Below, in pieces: positions 41,255 through 54,959 of a stretch of DNA of 64,000 nucleotides. The notes below the pieces were generated by a model. The model worked only from the letters and a program-made list of their open reading frames with translations, was not told the origin of the DNA and searched no databases. The stretch's first letter is position 1. Every line of letters begins with the position of its first letter. Both the position numbers and the translations under genes were made by a program. This stretch comes from Tubiluchus corallicola (taxonomy: Eukaryota > Animalia > Priapulida): the NCBI GenBank assembly GCA_030141605.1, contig JAQGDQ010000828.1:27148-91147 (forward strand), written 5' to 3'.

Positions 41255-42250
41255 CTTGCCGTGCGACTAAAATTCGTTTTGACAAACACTTAGATGCGCA
41301 TTGTTTTCAGGCAACAAACAATGGGCTTATCGAGGTGCAGCTGCGTAACAAAGGCTGGCGTGAAAACAATGTAATTTATTTAGAATATTTTTACTTTCCC
41401 CTTTCTGATAAAATAAAAATGTATTGGATATGCCATATTCGTATCATCAACTCTGTGATATAGCGTACATTAAACCGAATTTGCGTAGGCACATGGGCCT
41501 CGCCAGAGTTTGACGCACAAACAGTTAGGGGGTCTGGAGGAGTGCTGTAAGTGAAAGGCAAGAGAGACTTTCGTAAATATATTTTATTGTCCATAAATCT
41601 TAAAGCTAACATTACTGGCTTTGTTCATTTGTAATTATGACTCGACTAGGTGTACTCACGTCAATGCATTTTGTAGTTATTTGAAACTTTATTGCTACAT
41701 TCTGCTTGAAATTATAAAGAATTACTGATTTTTTGGTTTACTTGAAGTTTTAATATTTTGCAAAAATAATTGCTGCCTTGCAAAAGATACAATCAGTTTA
41801 TCTGCTGATTAAAAGGTAAATTATCACATTGTTTAATTTAACGAGGTTTACAAAAATTGTCATCGCTTCCCAGGCTACCCACTGGTTGTTTCTCACTCTA
41901 GAGACGTTCACTTTGCTTTTAAGCCGGATGACATTTGTAGCAAAGCGGGTACTGGTACCGGTACACCCTAGCGAGATATATGACCCTGTTGAAGATCTAT
42001 GTCTAATTAGTTTACTTGTTAGTTTTGTAATTAAAACTATCGGTGATAGAAACCATGTGCTTGTGAATATGATAATAGTAGCTTTACGGAGACAATATAA
42101 AATGTTGAATATCAGTAAAAGCAATGCTTAGCAGTACAACTGTAGATGGTTATTCAACTGTAGGTGTTCATAACTAACTATAAGACAGCCATTTTCAGTT
42201 TAACTAACATTTCAATAAATTTTTCATTTTATAATACTGCATCTAACTAG

Positions 42251-44544
42251 TTATTTCCAAGATTCAACTATCTTTGAAAAACGAATTTTAAATACCGTTC
42301 TATCCACTTTTCGACTAATGTGATCCACAATATCATAATGTGTTTCCATGTACCTATATCTCTTAATTACTAACCTGTATGAGTTTATTAATATGACTCT
42401 AAACAAACACAGTAAAATTACGAAAGAAAAACCAATGAAAATAACTAAAAAGGATAGACCAAGGTATGAAGACTCGTCTATAGTGACCAAGTAATTTCTA
42501 CCTGCTCTTACTAATAAATATATTAAGGTCGTAGTGATGTAGCCAATGTGTTAAATTCTGATTGGTTATTTCCAAACATCAAAGTTGCAAACAGAACAAA
42601 AGGAATTAGTGCAAGTATAGTCATTAAACAGAAGTTGACTATTGGAGCATATGAGAGAGACAGAGTGAAACAATAAACGGCCATTACTTGGTTGAATAGT
42701 AACATGTGCCACAATTTAATCGTTACAACAAAAACTAGGATGCCTAGTACACATTCAACAGCAAAGTCCCAAAATGCAGCTTCGTAGAAACTAATAAAGG
42801 CAGACTGTTTTGCAAGGAAGTTTTGTTTTAACAGTGACTCGACAACAAGAGTTCTTTTTGCAAAATATGCCACACCCATTACAGACAAAACCAATATGCT
42901 TAACTCAATGTAATTCCATGATTCAAAAAAGTATGCAGTTTTCAAGTTATAAAGTTTTGCCACTTCTCTGATTGCAAAAACCAGAACTAGAAATAAGTAG
43001 AATATTTCAACCATTGCAGTAGACCACGATACAGTCTTCACATATTTCACAAGGTCCATTGTCATAATACTGTGATATGGAGACACGCCACCAGATCCAG
43101 TAAATTCCACCGCTAGAATGATAACACTAAACAAATTTGTGTTTGAGTTAAACAAAGTGAATTCAATCATTAGAGCACGAGTGTGATCATTTATCCATCT
43201 GGAGTTCCTTAGAGAGTTAATAATGGATTTGTTTTCAGTCAGATTTCGAGTCAAAGTCTTTACGTAGCCGCCTCCACTGTAGTAGGCAAATTTACCTGTA
43301 TAAATAACACAAGTTTATTTTAGAAGCATTATAAGAAAGCATCGTATATATTCATTTCCCTGGTATGTTATATATATATATTCGCGAGAGGGCCACGGCT
43401 TCCCGTAACGGGCATTTTCCCGGACCCAATTCTCAATTTTTTCGAAATTTTGGTCAAACGGCTTGTAGAAAAAATGTTCCAGCGGCGCCTGGTGGGGCTC
43501 TTTGAAGGTGATATATTGGTCTTTAGAAAGAGAAAGAACAGGGCTACACGATGATGTAAGCTATATTTTAGGACGTGTCCACCAAGAGGAATACCGACGA
43601 GTTAATTAGATGTTCTATTTTTGGCAATTTTCGCTTAGAAAACTGCTGACGCAAAGCCATTGTTGTGACGTCATCCATTATACTCTGTCTATAACCTTCT
43701 AAGTTTAATTCAGTAAAAACAGCTACTGACTTTGCACTGTAAATGAGGACTATGTAGGATATTCGCGTATTATTGATTATAAGTGTACTTACGCGCAAAA
43801 TTTTTTGCGGGGCGTTTGCTAGTATAGTATTATTGCAAAATATTTAATGCACTAGCTAAATATTTATGAAGCTTGTAACATTGGCTTAAAACCACTATTA
43901 TGATTTATATTTGATAAATCATTTACAAAATTAATTTCAATCAAATTGCGACAAAAGCTTGATTAATAAATGAATTAAAACACAAATGACAAAAATTACT
44001 CCAAATACAGTTGTCAGTAAAACGTAAATCTAGTATGGAATAATTAGGCAATTAAATCTGAAATATAGTTCAGATTTGCTAAAAGAAACCAGGCGCTTGT
44101 GGTACTGCAGAATATGATATTAGTAGCTTTACAGAGACAATACAGAGACATTAAAAATCAATGAAAATCAAGCAAGAAACAAAATTTTAGCAAAGTAAAA
44201 GAAAAACATGACAAGCAGCCATTTTTATAGTTGGCGCTCTTGATTATTTCAGACACGACAGCATTATTTTAAATTTATCGTCAATTCTGTTACTGCTCCT
44301 GGTTTAAACATCAGCACAAACATAACTATTACTCTTGTAAACAACAAACATAAACAAACAAAGCACCTGAAAAATGTCCAAAGTTCTAGTGTCGACTGGA
44401 ACGTCCAGTGGTCTGGTGGATATCGTGGATATTTACGATATGGCCACCCTGACCGATATGATCTTGTATCTTGACCTGACCAGCTGTAAGCACTCACGCA
44501 TTTTCGACCGTAGGGTTCCAGAAGGTTGTCAACAAATCACAGAT
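42251..44544 (-). pseudogene. Second polycystin (PKD1-like) paralogue, damaged: exons complement 44367..44544 and 42251..43295
   Basis: SYRSGW.YR.YPRYPPD.WTFQST, YSGGGY and WINDHTRALMIEFT match the 3388..5706 gene. TGA replaces Cys at the exon start, there is a frameshift near 42530, and upstream exons were not found. Confidence 0.85.
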
Positions 44545-45154
44545 CTAAATAACGAAAAAAACATGTTTAGTATGAAGTAATATGAATTTCAAGTGCAGTG
44601 AATGATAATGCAAGAAGTTAAATCAATCATGCTAAATTCAGCCCTGAATTAACAATTAAGTAAAATAAACACGCTTAGGGCTTTAGGAGAAAAGGGGCCT
44701 CACACATTTTTTTCAAATTGAATAATTACCCAAAAGTAAAAATTGTCTATATGTGTGTGGTGGCAGGTCTGATGAATGGCTTTCCTTTTATAAGATTTGC
44801 TGTCGTTTAGAAGTATTTTTAAATCACTTTTTTACGCAATTTAAAGCTGATGCCTTAGCTTAGCGTTTTTACTGTAAATTAATCTTGCTGCAAGATTTTT
44901 TACTTTGAAAGATAAAATTTCATTTTATAGTTTTGTATAGTTTTATTCTGAATTACACAAATGTGGGGGTTCCATAATCATTTCAGTGCCTAGGATCTCC
45001 TTATTCAGCTAAGTTATACAAAAAATATATACAAGAACCATCTATTTTTGCCTTGTGATGTAATAGTTTTAAGCACAGCAGCTTGGAAAGCAAAAAGTTT
45101 TGAGGTCGAATCCCAGTGGAGGTGCAAAAAATTTCCTAACCTTTAGAAAACACT

Positions 45155-47300
45155 TTCTAATTTAGAACTGCTTTCATGCACTTATAAGTCTTCTTACTTG
45201 TCATACCTGGTACATTTCTCCATGTTGTACTGTATTTTCATTCATTATTCAGTCGAGGTGCAAAATTTTTCAGATTTTCTAATTTAGAACTACTTTCATG
45301 CACTTATAAGTCTTCTTACTTGTCATACCTGGTACATATCTCCATGTTGTACTGTATTTTCATTCATTATTCAGTCGAGGTGCAAAATTTTTCAGATTTT
45401 CTAATTTAGAACTAGTTTCATGCACTTATAAGTCTTCTTACTTGTCATACCTGGTACATATCTCCATGTTGTACTGTATTTTCATTCATTATTCAGTCGA
45501 GGTGCAAAATTTTTCAGATTTTCTAATTTAGAACTAGTTTCATGCACTTATAAGTCTTCTTACTTGTCATACCTGGTACATTTCTCCATGTTGTGTTGCA
45601 TTTTCATTCATGATTCAGTCGAGGTGCAAAATTTTTCAGATTTTCTAATTTAGAACTACTTTCATGCACTTATAAGTCTTCTTACTTGTCATACCTGGTA
45701 CATTTCTCCATGTTGTACTGTATTTTCATTCATTATTCAGTCGAGGTGCAAAATTTTTCAGATTTTCTAATTTAGAACTGCTTTCATGCACTTATAAGTC
45801 TTCTTACTTGTAAGACCTGGTACATTTCTCCATGTTGTACTGTATTTTCATTCATTATTCAGTCGAGGTGCAAAATTTTTCAGATTTTCTAATTTAGAAC
45901 TGCTTTCATGCACTTATAAGTCTTCTTACTTGTCATACCTGGTACATTTCTCCATGTTGTGTTGTATTTTCATTCATGATTCAGTCGAGGTGCAAAATTT
46001 TCCAGATTTTCTAATTTAGAACTGCTTTCATGCACTTATAAATCTTCTTACTTGTCATACCTGGTACATTTCTCCATGTTGTACTGTATTTTCATTCATT
46101 ATTCAGTCGAGGTGCAAAATTTTTCAGATTTTCTAATTTAGAACTAGTTTCATGCACTTATAAGTCTTCTTACTTGTCATACCTGGTACATATCTCCATG
46201 TTGTACTGTACTTTCATTCATTATTCAGTCGAGGTGCAAAATTTTTCAGATTTTCTAATTTAGAACTAGTTTCATGCACTTATAAGTCTTCTTACTTGTC
46301 ATACCTGGTACATTTCTCCATGTTGTGTTGCATTTTCATTCATGATTCAGTCGAGGTGCAAAATTTTTCAGATTGTCTAATTTAGAACTAGTTTCATGCA
46401 CTTATAAGTCTTCTTACTTGTCATACCTGGTACATTTCTCCATGTTGTACTGTATTTTCATTCATTATTCAGTCGAGGTGCAAAATTTTTCAGATTTTCT
46501 AATTTAGAACTAGTTTCATGCACTTATAAGTCTTCTTACTTGTCATACCTGGTACATATCTCCATGTTGTACTGTATTTTCATTCATTATTCAGTCGAGG
46601 TGCAAAATTTTTCAGATTTTCTAATTTAGAACTAGTTTCATGCACTTATAAGTCTTCTTACTTGTCATACCTGGTACATTTCTCCATGTTGTACTGTATT
46701 TTCATTCATTATTCAGTCGAGGTGCAAAATTTTTCAGATTTTCTAATTTAGAACTACTTTCGTGCACTTATAAGTCTTCTTACTTGTCATACCTTGTACA
46801 TTTCTCCATGTTGTACTGTATTTTCATTCATTATTCAGTCGAGGTGCAAAATTTTTCAGATTGTCTAATTTAGAACTACTTTCATGCACTTATAAGTCTT
46901 CTTACTTGTCATACCTGGTACATTTCTCCATGTTGTGTTGTATTTTCATTCATTATTCAGTCGAGGTGCAAAATTTTTCAGATTTTCTAATTTAGAACTG
47001 CTTTCATGCACTTATAAGTCTTCTTACTTGTCATACCTGGTACATTTCTCCATGTTGTACTGTATTTGATTCATTATTCAGTCGAGGTGCAAAATTTTTC
47101 AGATTTTCTAATTTAGAACTACTTTCATGTACTTATAAGTCTTCTTACTTGTCATACCTGGTACATTTCTCCATGTTGTGTTGCATTTTCATTCATTATT
47201 CAGTCGAGGTGCAAAATTTTTCAGATTTTCTAATTTAGAACTGCTTTCATGCACTTATAAGATTTCTTACTTGTCATACCTGGTACATTTCTCCATGTTG
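45155..47300. repeat. 122-bp satellite, about 17.5 copies
   Basis: ttctaatttagaactgctttcatgcacttataagtcttcttacttgtcatacctggtac... with period 122. Confidence 0.97.
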
Positions 47301-50300
47301 TTGTACTACATTTAAACTCCAGAACATCAAATGTTTAACATGCAGCAATTGTCGTTTTATCTGTAATAATAAATTACAGCAATAAGTTTTCAATGAAAAA
47401 GATAAGTTTGATAAAGGTACATTACGAAATTAGCTAACGTGATTATCGTCTATAATTGTACAAAAAATGACAGCTAAATTGTTCTAATAGCATAAAGTAG
47501 TTCAATAAACATAATTAGACACTTACATGTGGTCTCCCTGAGTTGTGGCACTTATAACTTGCAAAAAAAACAATAAGAAATCAACAACAACATTCACATC
47601 ATATCAATTGAATTGCATGTCAGGTAATGTCTACCTGGCCAACTACCTGGTCACATGACTGATGACAGTTAAAGGGGCAAGACCAAATTTAATAGGTAGG
47701 GAAACGTGTATGTGCTTAACACCGCCCCCATAAATGTCTCCACGAGCATTTATCACCTAACAAAAAAGCAATCACACGTTCATCATCTGACCTTCAATGA
47801 AACACAACTTGTGTATAGGACGTTTAAGAAACCCCTCTTTGGTTTTTAAGGTGACACTCCTCACTAGACCATCCTTACTGACGTGGGTTTTTACAACACG
47901 TCCAAGCAGCCAACAATTTCTTGGAGTTGTATCCATAATTAGAACAACGTCATCCTCCTTGAGATTCTGTTTTTCTTTGTGCCATTTTGAACGTTGTTGG
48001 AGCATCGGCAAATACTCTAATTTCCAGCGATTCCAAAATACATTAGAAAGATATTGTATCTGTCGCCACTTTTTCCTATAAACATCTCCTGCAGAAAACT
48101 GACCCAGTGGAAGTATTGGAGGAGCATTTCTGCCCATCAGAAGGAAGTGGTTAGGTGTTAAAGAATCATAATCATTCGGATCATCAGACGCTGTGGTCAG
48201 AGGCCTTGTGTTGACGATGTTCTCGACAATACAGAATAACGTGCTCAAACCCTCATCATCAAGTACCTGCTCTTGAGCCACTGAGTGCAGAACTTTTTTA
48301 ACACTTTTAATTAGTGCTTCCCAAGCTCCTCCCATATGAGATGCCCGAGGAGGACAAAAGTCCCAATCAATATGTTTCTGAAGTAAGTTTTCCGTGACAA
48401 CGTTGGTGTTCCAAGATTCTACAAACTTTTGGAGCTCTTTGTCTGCTCCCAGAAAATTACTTCCACAATCAGACATTAGTTTGTCAGGTTTACCTCTTCT
48501 GGAGCAAAACCTATCTAGTGCTTTTATGAACGAATCAGTTGTCATCGTGAACAAAACTTCAAGATGGATGCTTCTGCTAGCCATACATGTGAAAAGGATG
48601 CCGTAACGTTTTACTTCTGAGCGACCACGTTTTACCATAATTGGACCAAAGCAATCAGTACCCACAGTAGCAAACACTCCAGAGCTTTGCAATCTGTCTA
48701 CAGGCAAGTCAGCCATCTTCTGGTGTAGTGGAATTGCCCTATTCAGTCTACATTGTCTGCACTCAGCTAAAAGCTTGCGTACCATGCCACGCATTCCAAT
48801 AATCCAAAACTTCTGGCGGATCAAAGACATTACATGCTGTTTGCCGACATGTCCATGCGTGGTGTGGAAATCTTGGATGACTAAACGTGATAATTTATGT
48901 CCTTTTGGTAGAACAATTGGATGCCTAGCATTGTAGTTGACATCAGCACGCCTTATTCGGCCACCTACACGAATAAATTGCTTTTCACATAGAAATGGAT
49001 CAAGTTTCACCAGACAACTAGACTTAATAACGTTCTGACTAGTGCTTAAGTCTTTATATTCTTTCGGCAAACTCTCTTTCTGCACATACTTGATTATTTC
49101 TTCTTCTGCATGGTCGAGTTCTGCAACAGTCAGTTTGTTTGGAAAACTTGAAGTCTTTTTGGCAACTTTGTTCTTTAGCACTGTTTTGAACCGAAGAAAC
49201 CATGCAACACTTTTCTTCAACTTGTAGAATGAAGAATAACGATCCATCAAATCATTTATGATATTACGCTGTCGCTGTGTGTCATCCATTGTCGTCACTG
49301 TTATGGTATTAACAACTGGAGAGTGCTTCACTTCTTTGTCACCTTGTAATAAATCCTTCTGTGTAGTCATATCAATTCGAGGCCAATCATCTTCTGGAAG
49401 CATCAGGAATCTAGGTCCGAATTTCCAGCGTGTCGACTCTAACAGTGCATAAGCATTTAGTCCTCGAGATAGGTCGTCAGCTTCATTTTTCTCAGAAGGG
49501 ACATATCTCCATTGCTCTGGTGATGAGACCTCTAGAATGCTTGTGACCCTGTTCTGCACGAAGGTATGAAAGCGCTTGACAGTATTTCGTATGTAGTGCA
49601 GGATAATAAGACTATCCGTCCAAAATATTGACCTGTCAATGTGGATGGTAAGCTCTTTCCGTAGCACCTTTTCAAGTTTAGCTGCAAGAGCTGCTGCACA
49701 TAACTCTAGGCGAGGAATAGTCAGTCCTTTCATCGGAGTTAGCCTTGATTTCGCAATGACAAAGGCAGTGTGGATAACGTTGAGCTCATTCTACTGACGA
49801 ATGAACACTACCACACCATAAGCACTTTCAGAAGCGTCACAAAAATAATGAAGCTCTGTGGATATCACCTTACCAAACTCACGAGGCATGAATGATCTCT
49901 CAATCTTGAAATCTGTTAACAGTGTGCTTTCGTCTTTCCATTGTTTCCATTTCTTCTCAATGGCGCCGTCCAACTTGCTATCCCACGTTTTGTCTGGTAA
50001 ACGACATTCTTCTTGAAACAGTTTCTTTCCTTGTAGAACAAATGGGCCACACATTCCAAGGGGATCATAGATACTGGAAAGAGAACTAAGCAATCCATGC
50101 TTTGTATTGGGATGCTCCTTTTGTTTTACATGGACGCCTAGCGTATCAGCCTCCATCTGCCAACTTATTCCCAATGCACGCTCATTCGGCAGTGTGTCAT
50201 GTGACAAGTTTAGATCTTTAATACCTTTTCCTCTATCTTCAATTGGGATAGTGTCGAGAACACGTTTATCATTTGACATCCATTTCGTCAAGCAAAATCC

Positions 50301-52400
50301 ACCCTTCCTTAAAAGCAGCTTTAGCTGAGTAATTAGCTTCAATGCTTGCTCTACATTTTCGACTGACTTTAGGCTGTCATCCACATAAAAATTGTAAAGC
50401 ACAGTTGCTACCGTTTCTTTATCAAAGCTGTATTGGTAGTCCAATGCAGTGCGTTTCAAGGCAAATGATGCCGCACTGGGGGACAAAAGCCCTCCAAAAA
50501 GATGCACGGTCATTCTAAGTATCTGAAGAGGCTGGTCAATTCGTCCTTCAGGCCACCAAATGAACCTCAGCATATCTCTATGCTTGGGCGAAACAAACAC
50601 TTGGTGATACATCTCACGTATATCTGCTAGCACGGCAACTGGATACTGCCTAAATCGCAAGAGGACACAAACCAAATTATTCGTAAGGTCTGGACCTTGC
50701 AAAGTCAATTTGTTCAGTGAGATACCTTCACACTCTGCACCACAATCAAAAACAATACGGGTTTTACCTGGTTTATTTTCGTTAAAGACTGGGAAGTGAG
50801 GAAGATACCAAGTCAGATGTGTAGGAGTACTTGCTGATTGTTCTTCCACTGGCTCTGCATAACCCTTGTTCAGCAAATCGGTGATTCCGTCAGTGTACTT
50901 TTGATGAAGAATGGGATTCTTGGTGAATTTGCTTCTGAGCCCATTGAGCCGTTTTGCTGCCATCTGAAAGCTATCAGGAATAACATGACGGTAAATAAAA
51001 TTGTATTTCTAACTCATAGTGGCCGTCTCTTCTGGATATTGAGCTTTCCCAAATATCGATGACCATCATCTCTTCTCTAGAATACTGCTCATCATCCAAA
51101 ACAGAATCTATTTTCCAAAATCTCTCGACTTGCTGCTGCAAGACATCTGTTTTGGCTTCAGAAGACTCTTTGACCAGAACGTAATTATTTACTGACACGT
51201 TGTGTACTTTGCTGCCCGCTATAGGCCCATTCAACGCCCATCCCAGCTTCGTCTTAACAGCATAAGGCGCGTTTACAGGACCACGTCTAACTTGCAGAGG
51301 GGCCAAAGCATCAGGTACGTCAAGACCGATTAGTAAGCTTAGGTCTTCATCTTGTCCGTGATACTCAACTAAAGATGACGCTATCTCTTTCAAGTGCGGC
51401 CATTTTTAAACATCTGCGACTGATGCCAAGCATTCTGTATCTAGCAAGTGTCTGCTTTACTTTGGCGTTTCTCGATTGTGGTTAGGGTAAGAACATCCTC
51501 TTTTCCTTCAGCACCTATGCTGTCTAACAGCTTCCTGGAACAAAACGTGTTTGTAGATCCAGGATCTAACAGAGCGATGGCTTCAACTGGCTTTCTTCCA
51601 TGTACATGTACTTGAACTTTGACCATAGGCAATGCTATCTTCTGGTAAAAGCAATCTGGCCAGCCCACATCAGGGGCAGCTGAAAGCTCTTTAAAGCTAA
51701 ACATGTCAACAACATTATCTAGTACAATTGTATCAGAATCTACAAAAACACATTTGCTCAATTGTGTCAACCTCCAACAATGTAGCTTAGTAAAACTCAC
51801 ATTAAGTTCTGGTCTTCCTAACAATTGTAACCTTTTAAACTCATGACTATCAATAATACTGACATGTTCAACCAAATCAAATGCATTTCTCAAAAGTGTC
51901 ATAATATCACAAGAAATACCCTCTGTTACCATGATGACTAAGCATCTCATTGTACCTGTGCGATGCAAACTAGAAGCAAGAACAAGTGCTCCCAACGCAT
52001 ACTTATCAGTAGTTGCTAGAGTAACAAAGGCCTCAGACAAATAATTATCATCGCTTTCGCATGTAGGTTGTGTATGTTTAACTGTCTGATCCGTGTATGC
52101 TGACCTTGACCTTAGCCATGCTTTGGCCTTTCAGTCTGATGTTCCATGGTCCACTAACCTGGTCTCAACATCAGCTGCAGAACCAAAGCTGTCTTCATCA
52201 CGTTCATCTTCAGAACTACACTCATTCTGCATGCGTTCATGTCGTATTCTCATCGCTTGGAGTTTGAGTTCTTGTTCTTTAATCATAAGCTCTTGGTTTC
52301 TTAGCTTGGCACTCTTCTTCGATGACGTCACACTCGAGGATTTTTTGGACTTTTCGTTTGTCAAAACAGAATTTTCTGTTTGTTTCATTCATTGCCACTA
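47296..52400 (-). mobile_element. BEL/Pao LTR retrotransposon, 5'-truncated and internally rearranged; 3' LTR about 47296..47721 after PPT tgggggcgg
   Basis: Protease LLDPGS, LLIGLD, KTKLGW; RT WYLPHFPV, RIVFD, DIREMY, FYVDD; DASE and IPRLEL; integrase H/C-C, DCFGP, SDCGSNF, GGAWEALI, C-terminal RPIHKL. Scattered stops and frameshifts. Confidence 0.93.
51648..52040 (-). CDS. Glycogenin (GT8) N-terminal domain of about 131 aa, intronless, fused in frame to the BEL protease
   Basis: AFVTLATTDKYALGALVL...RPELNVSFTKLHCWRLTQLSKCVFVDSDT..ELSAAPDVGWPDCF closely follows the glycogenin signature AFVTLTTNDAY..GALVL..RPELGVTLTKLHCW..KCVFMDAD..ELSAAPDPGWPDCF. Confidence 0.92.
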
Positions 52401-52469
52401 CAACACATGCAGTCAAGGCCTTGACAAAGTAATTTTTATTTTGTCACAACTTTTGAACACGTAATTATG

Positions 52470-52580
52470 TCATCGAATTCATGGTTGGCATCTGAAGCTT
52501 AGCTATTATTTTTGGGAAATATTTCACGCGTAACTGTTGTCAAGTAAGACGTATTATCCGAATTTACAAGCACGGCGAAT
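52470..52580. repeat. Dispersed repeat of about 100 bp, second copy at about 55767..55865
   Basis: catcgaattcatgg.tggca.ctgaagctta..tattatttttgggaaata in both places. Confidence 0.8.
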
Positions 52581-53289
52581 TGTCATCTGCTATTTTTTCA
52601 CTTTTTTGCTCCAGGCAATGTGGGAAATCACCAGGAGAATCTGGGTCATCATTTCTGTTATTTCAGTTTCATCTCAATTCTGACGACTCACACTATCAAT
52701 ATTCTAATCCGAGAGTTAAACATTATGCCTATCTTTTGGGTTACTTGCATTTAGAAAAATGTATAATATATAATTATAACCCAGTTTCCAGATTTTAGAA
52801 TGTTTTACAGTATGTCAGTTTCAACAAAACTTAATTCTACAATAACAATATTCTAAACCAAGAGTTACATGTATGCTTATCTCTAATGTGATTTATATTA
52901 ACAAAATATATAATTACATTATAAACTACTCACCAGATTTCAAAATCTTTTATGATAGTTTCAATAAAGCATTTGTAAAGTTTCAATAGCATCAGATCTG
53001 ATTTCTGCAAACTCTATATAAAGACGTATTTCCACGTTTGTTCCACTTTTGAAATTACAATTTCAATATTTTTGACGTTTGGGTTTACATTTCTGTGCAT
53101 TCTTAGTGATGGAAGTCAAACAGCATCAAGCTTTACATGACGTTAAACTGCATGTAAAGTTTTCCAGAAAGTTTTTTGTCTAATTAAAATTGTGATGATT
53201 GTACAAAGTGTAGATTGTTTATTTTAGCATATTTGAATTATTATTATTTCAAATTGTAACAATAAACATGGCAACAGTAATTGAACCGA

Positions 53290-53600
53290 AACAAGGAAGT
53301 CTATCAATGGAACCACCACATCAGATGTCTTAAGTCATACTAAATAAAACTTTGCTGTCGTTCATTGTGCGTAATTGCCAAAACCTGGATACAGCAACTT
53401 CAGACAGGGAAACTTGGCGGATGCCATTGTTTGATGGGGTGAAGCACAACGAAGATAGGCTTTAGCTACTATGGGAAGAGAAGCGTCAAAGAAGGAAGAA
53501 TCGTACCAAAGATGATTCAGCATTTCAGTGCACTAGCCTTGAAAGATATTGCTCTGTAGGTCTTTGCTATCATCGACCAAAATGTTTCTACAACTCACAG
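53290..53600 (+). mobile_element. RTE-clade LINE 3' remnant
   Basis: Translates to ..TATSDRETWRM..LFDGVKHNE...WEEKRQRRKNR, typical of RTE ORF2 C-termini. Confidence 0.55.
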
Positions 53601-54959
53601 TAAATTTGCAAAAAGTAATTAATAGTTAAACAACTGAAGAGGCCATCGCATAATAGAGACTATCAACTTTGTGCAGCACTACTGCCACCTTGCTTCAAAT
53701 GTGCACATTATAAACAAAAAACCGTGTACAAAGAGGACGAACATGTTATGCTGCTTTACTGTCGAAACCGCTACCATTTAAGTAATTTCTCATTTATTTT
53801 GTATAACATGATCTTAAATCGTTTAGAAGTGCATGACGGTGTGTCGTAAACCTTTGTCAAAGTAACGAAAGTAATATTCGTTACTCAGTGAAAAAATCTT
53901 AGATATATGTTATTGTTTTAGCTATGTGTAGGTAGCAAACTCAGTAGAAAATTTTCTTTCAGATATTAATTTTCTGTACAACTATAATACACTACTTTAG
54001 TTCATCACTGTTCATCCTGTAACAGACATCATTAAAATGATAATATTTGCACCCAATTCTCATAATCATGATTCAAAAACATAAAATCATATTAAAATGT
54101 TCCATGAAAATACACATTTAATAAAACTAAAATTCATTAAATTTAATTTACTTTGAAATGTGCACATAAGTTCAGAAACTAAATTTACTGTAAACAAAAA
54201 TCTAGAGAGTACAACAACAGCTACAAACAAGTTAATAAATGTTGCCTGGCTGGACATTGATGAAAGAAACCACAACTATCTCTTATTATAATTTAACCTC
54301 AGACTTAAACTGACTAAGGTAAGATAGACCTATTTTGTACAGACACAGGGCAACTATTTTCACACAATGATAAAAATATTTACACAATACACAAAAATTT
54401 TTAAATCACATACATTTTAGTTTAAGCATAAATTCTGACTCATCTAACAAAATGAACAACAACAGTGAGAATAACAACGTGTCCAAACAAGAACTTTCTC
54501 GGAAAATTGCAACCATTTTGCCCTTAAACAAAATAAAGAACGTTAGTGCTTGTGACTAAAGTCATAGATGTAGGAGCTGCAGCCCTTATGCTGGTTTTTC
54601 ATCATTGATGTTAGGCATTCAATTTTCAACTATTTAATTCTTCTCAACTCCCAAATGCATAGGGCTAGAAACAATAAACTTAAAATGTAGGTCCCAGGAT
54701 CAGTACACCATTAAAAATCAATATACATTGAAGCAAATTAATTCTTCGCATCATCAACATAGTATAATGGTCACGATTTATCAAAAAATTCTTAGAAATA
54801 CTTTACGTAACATTATTCGTTCTCCCTTTGGTTAATTTTTTTTTAAAAAATTATAATCTGAAAGGAATACTGTCAACCAAGTTCTGATCCGTGGCCAACT
54901 TGAGTCTTATTGGTCAGAGTATTTTGTTGCTGATTGGCCGTACTATGCAGCTGCTAGGG

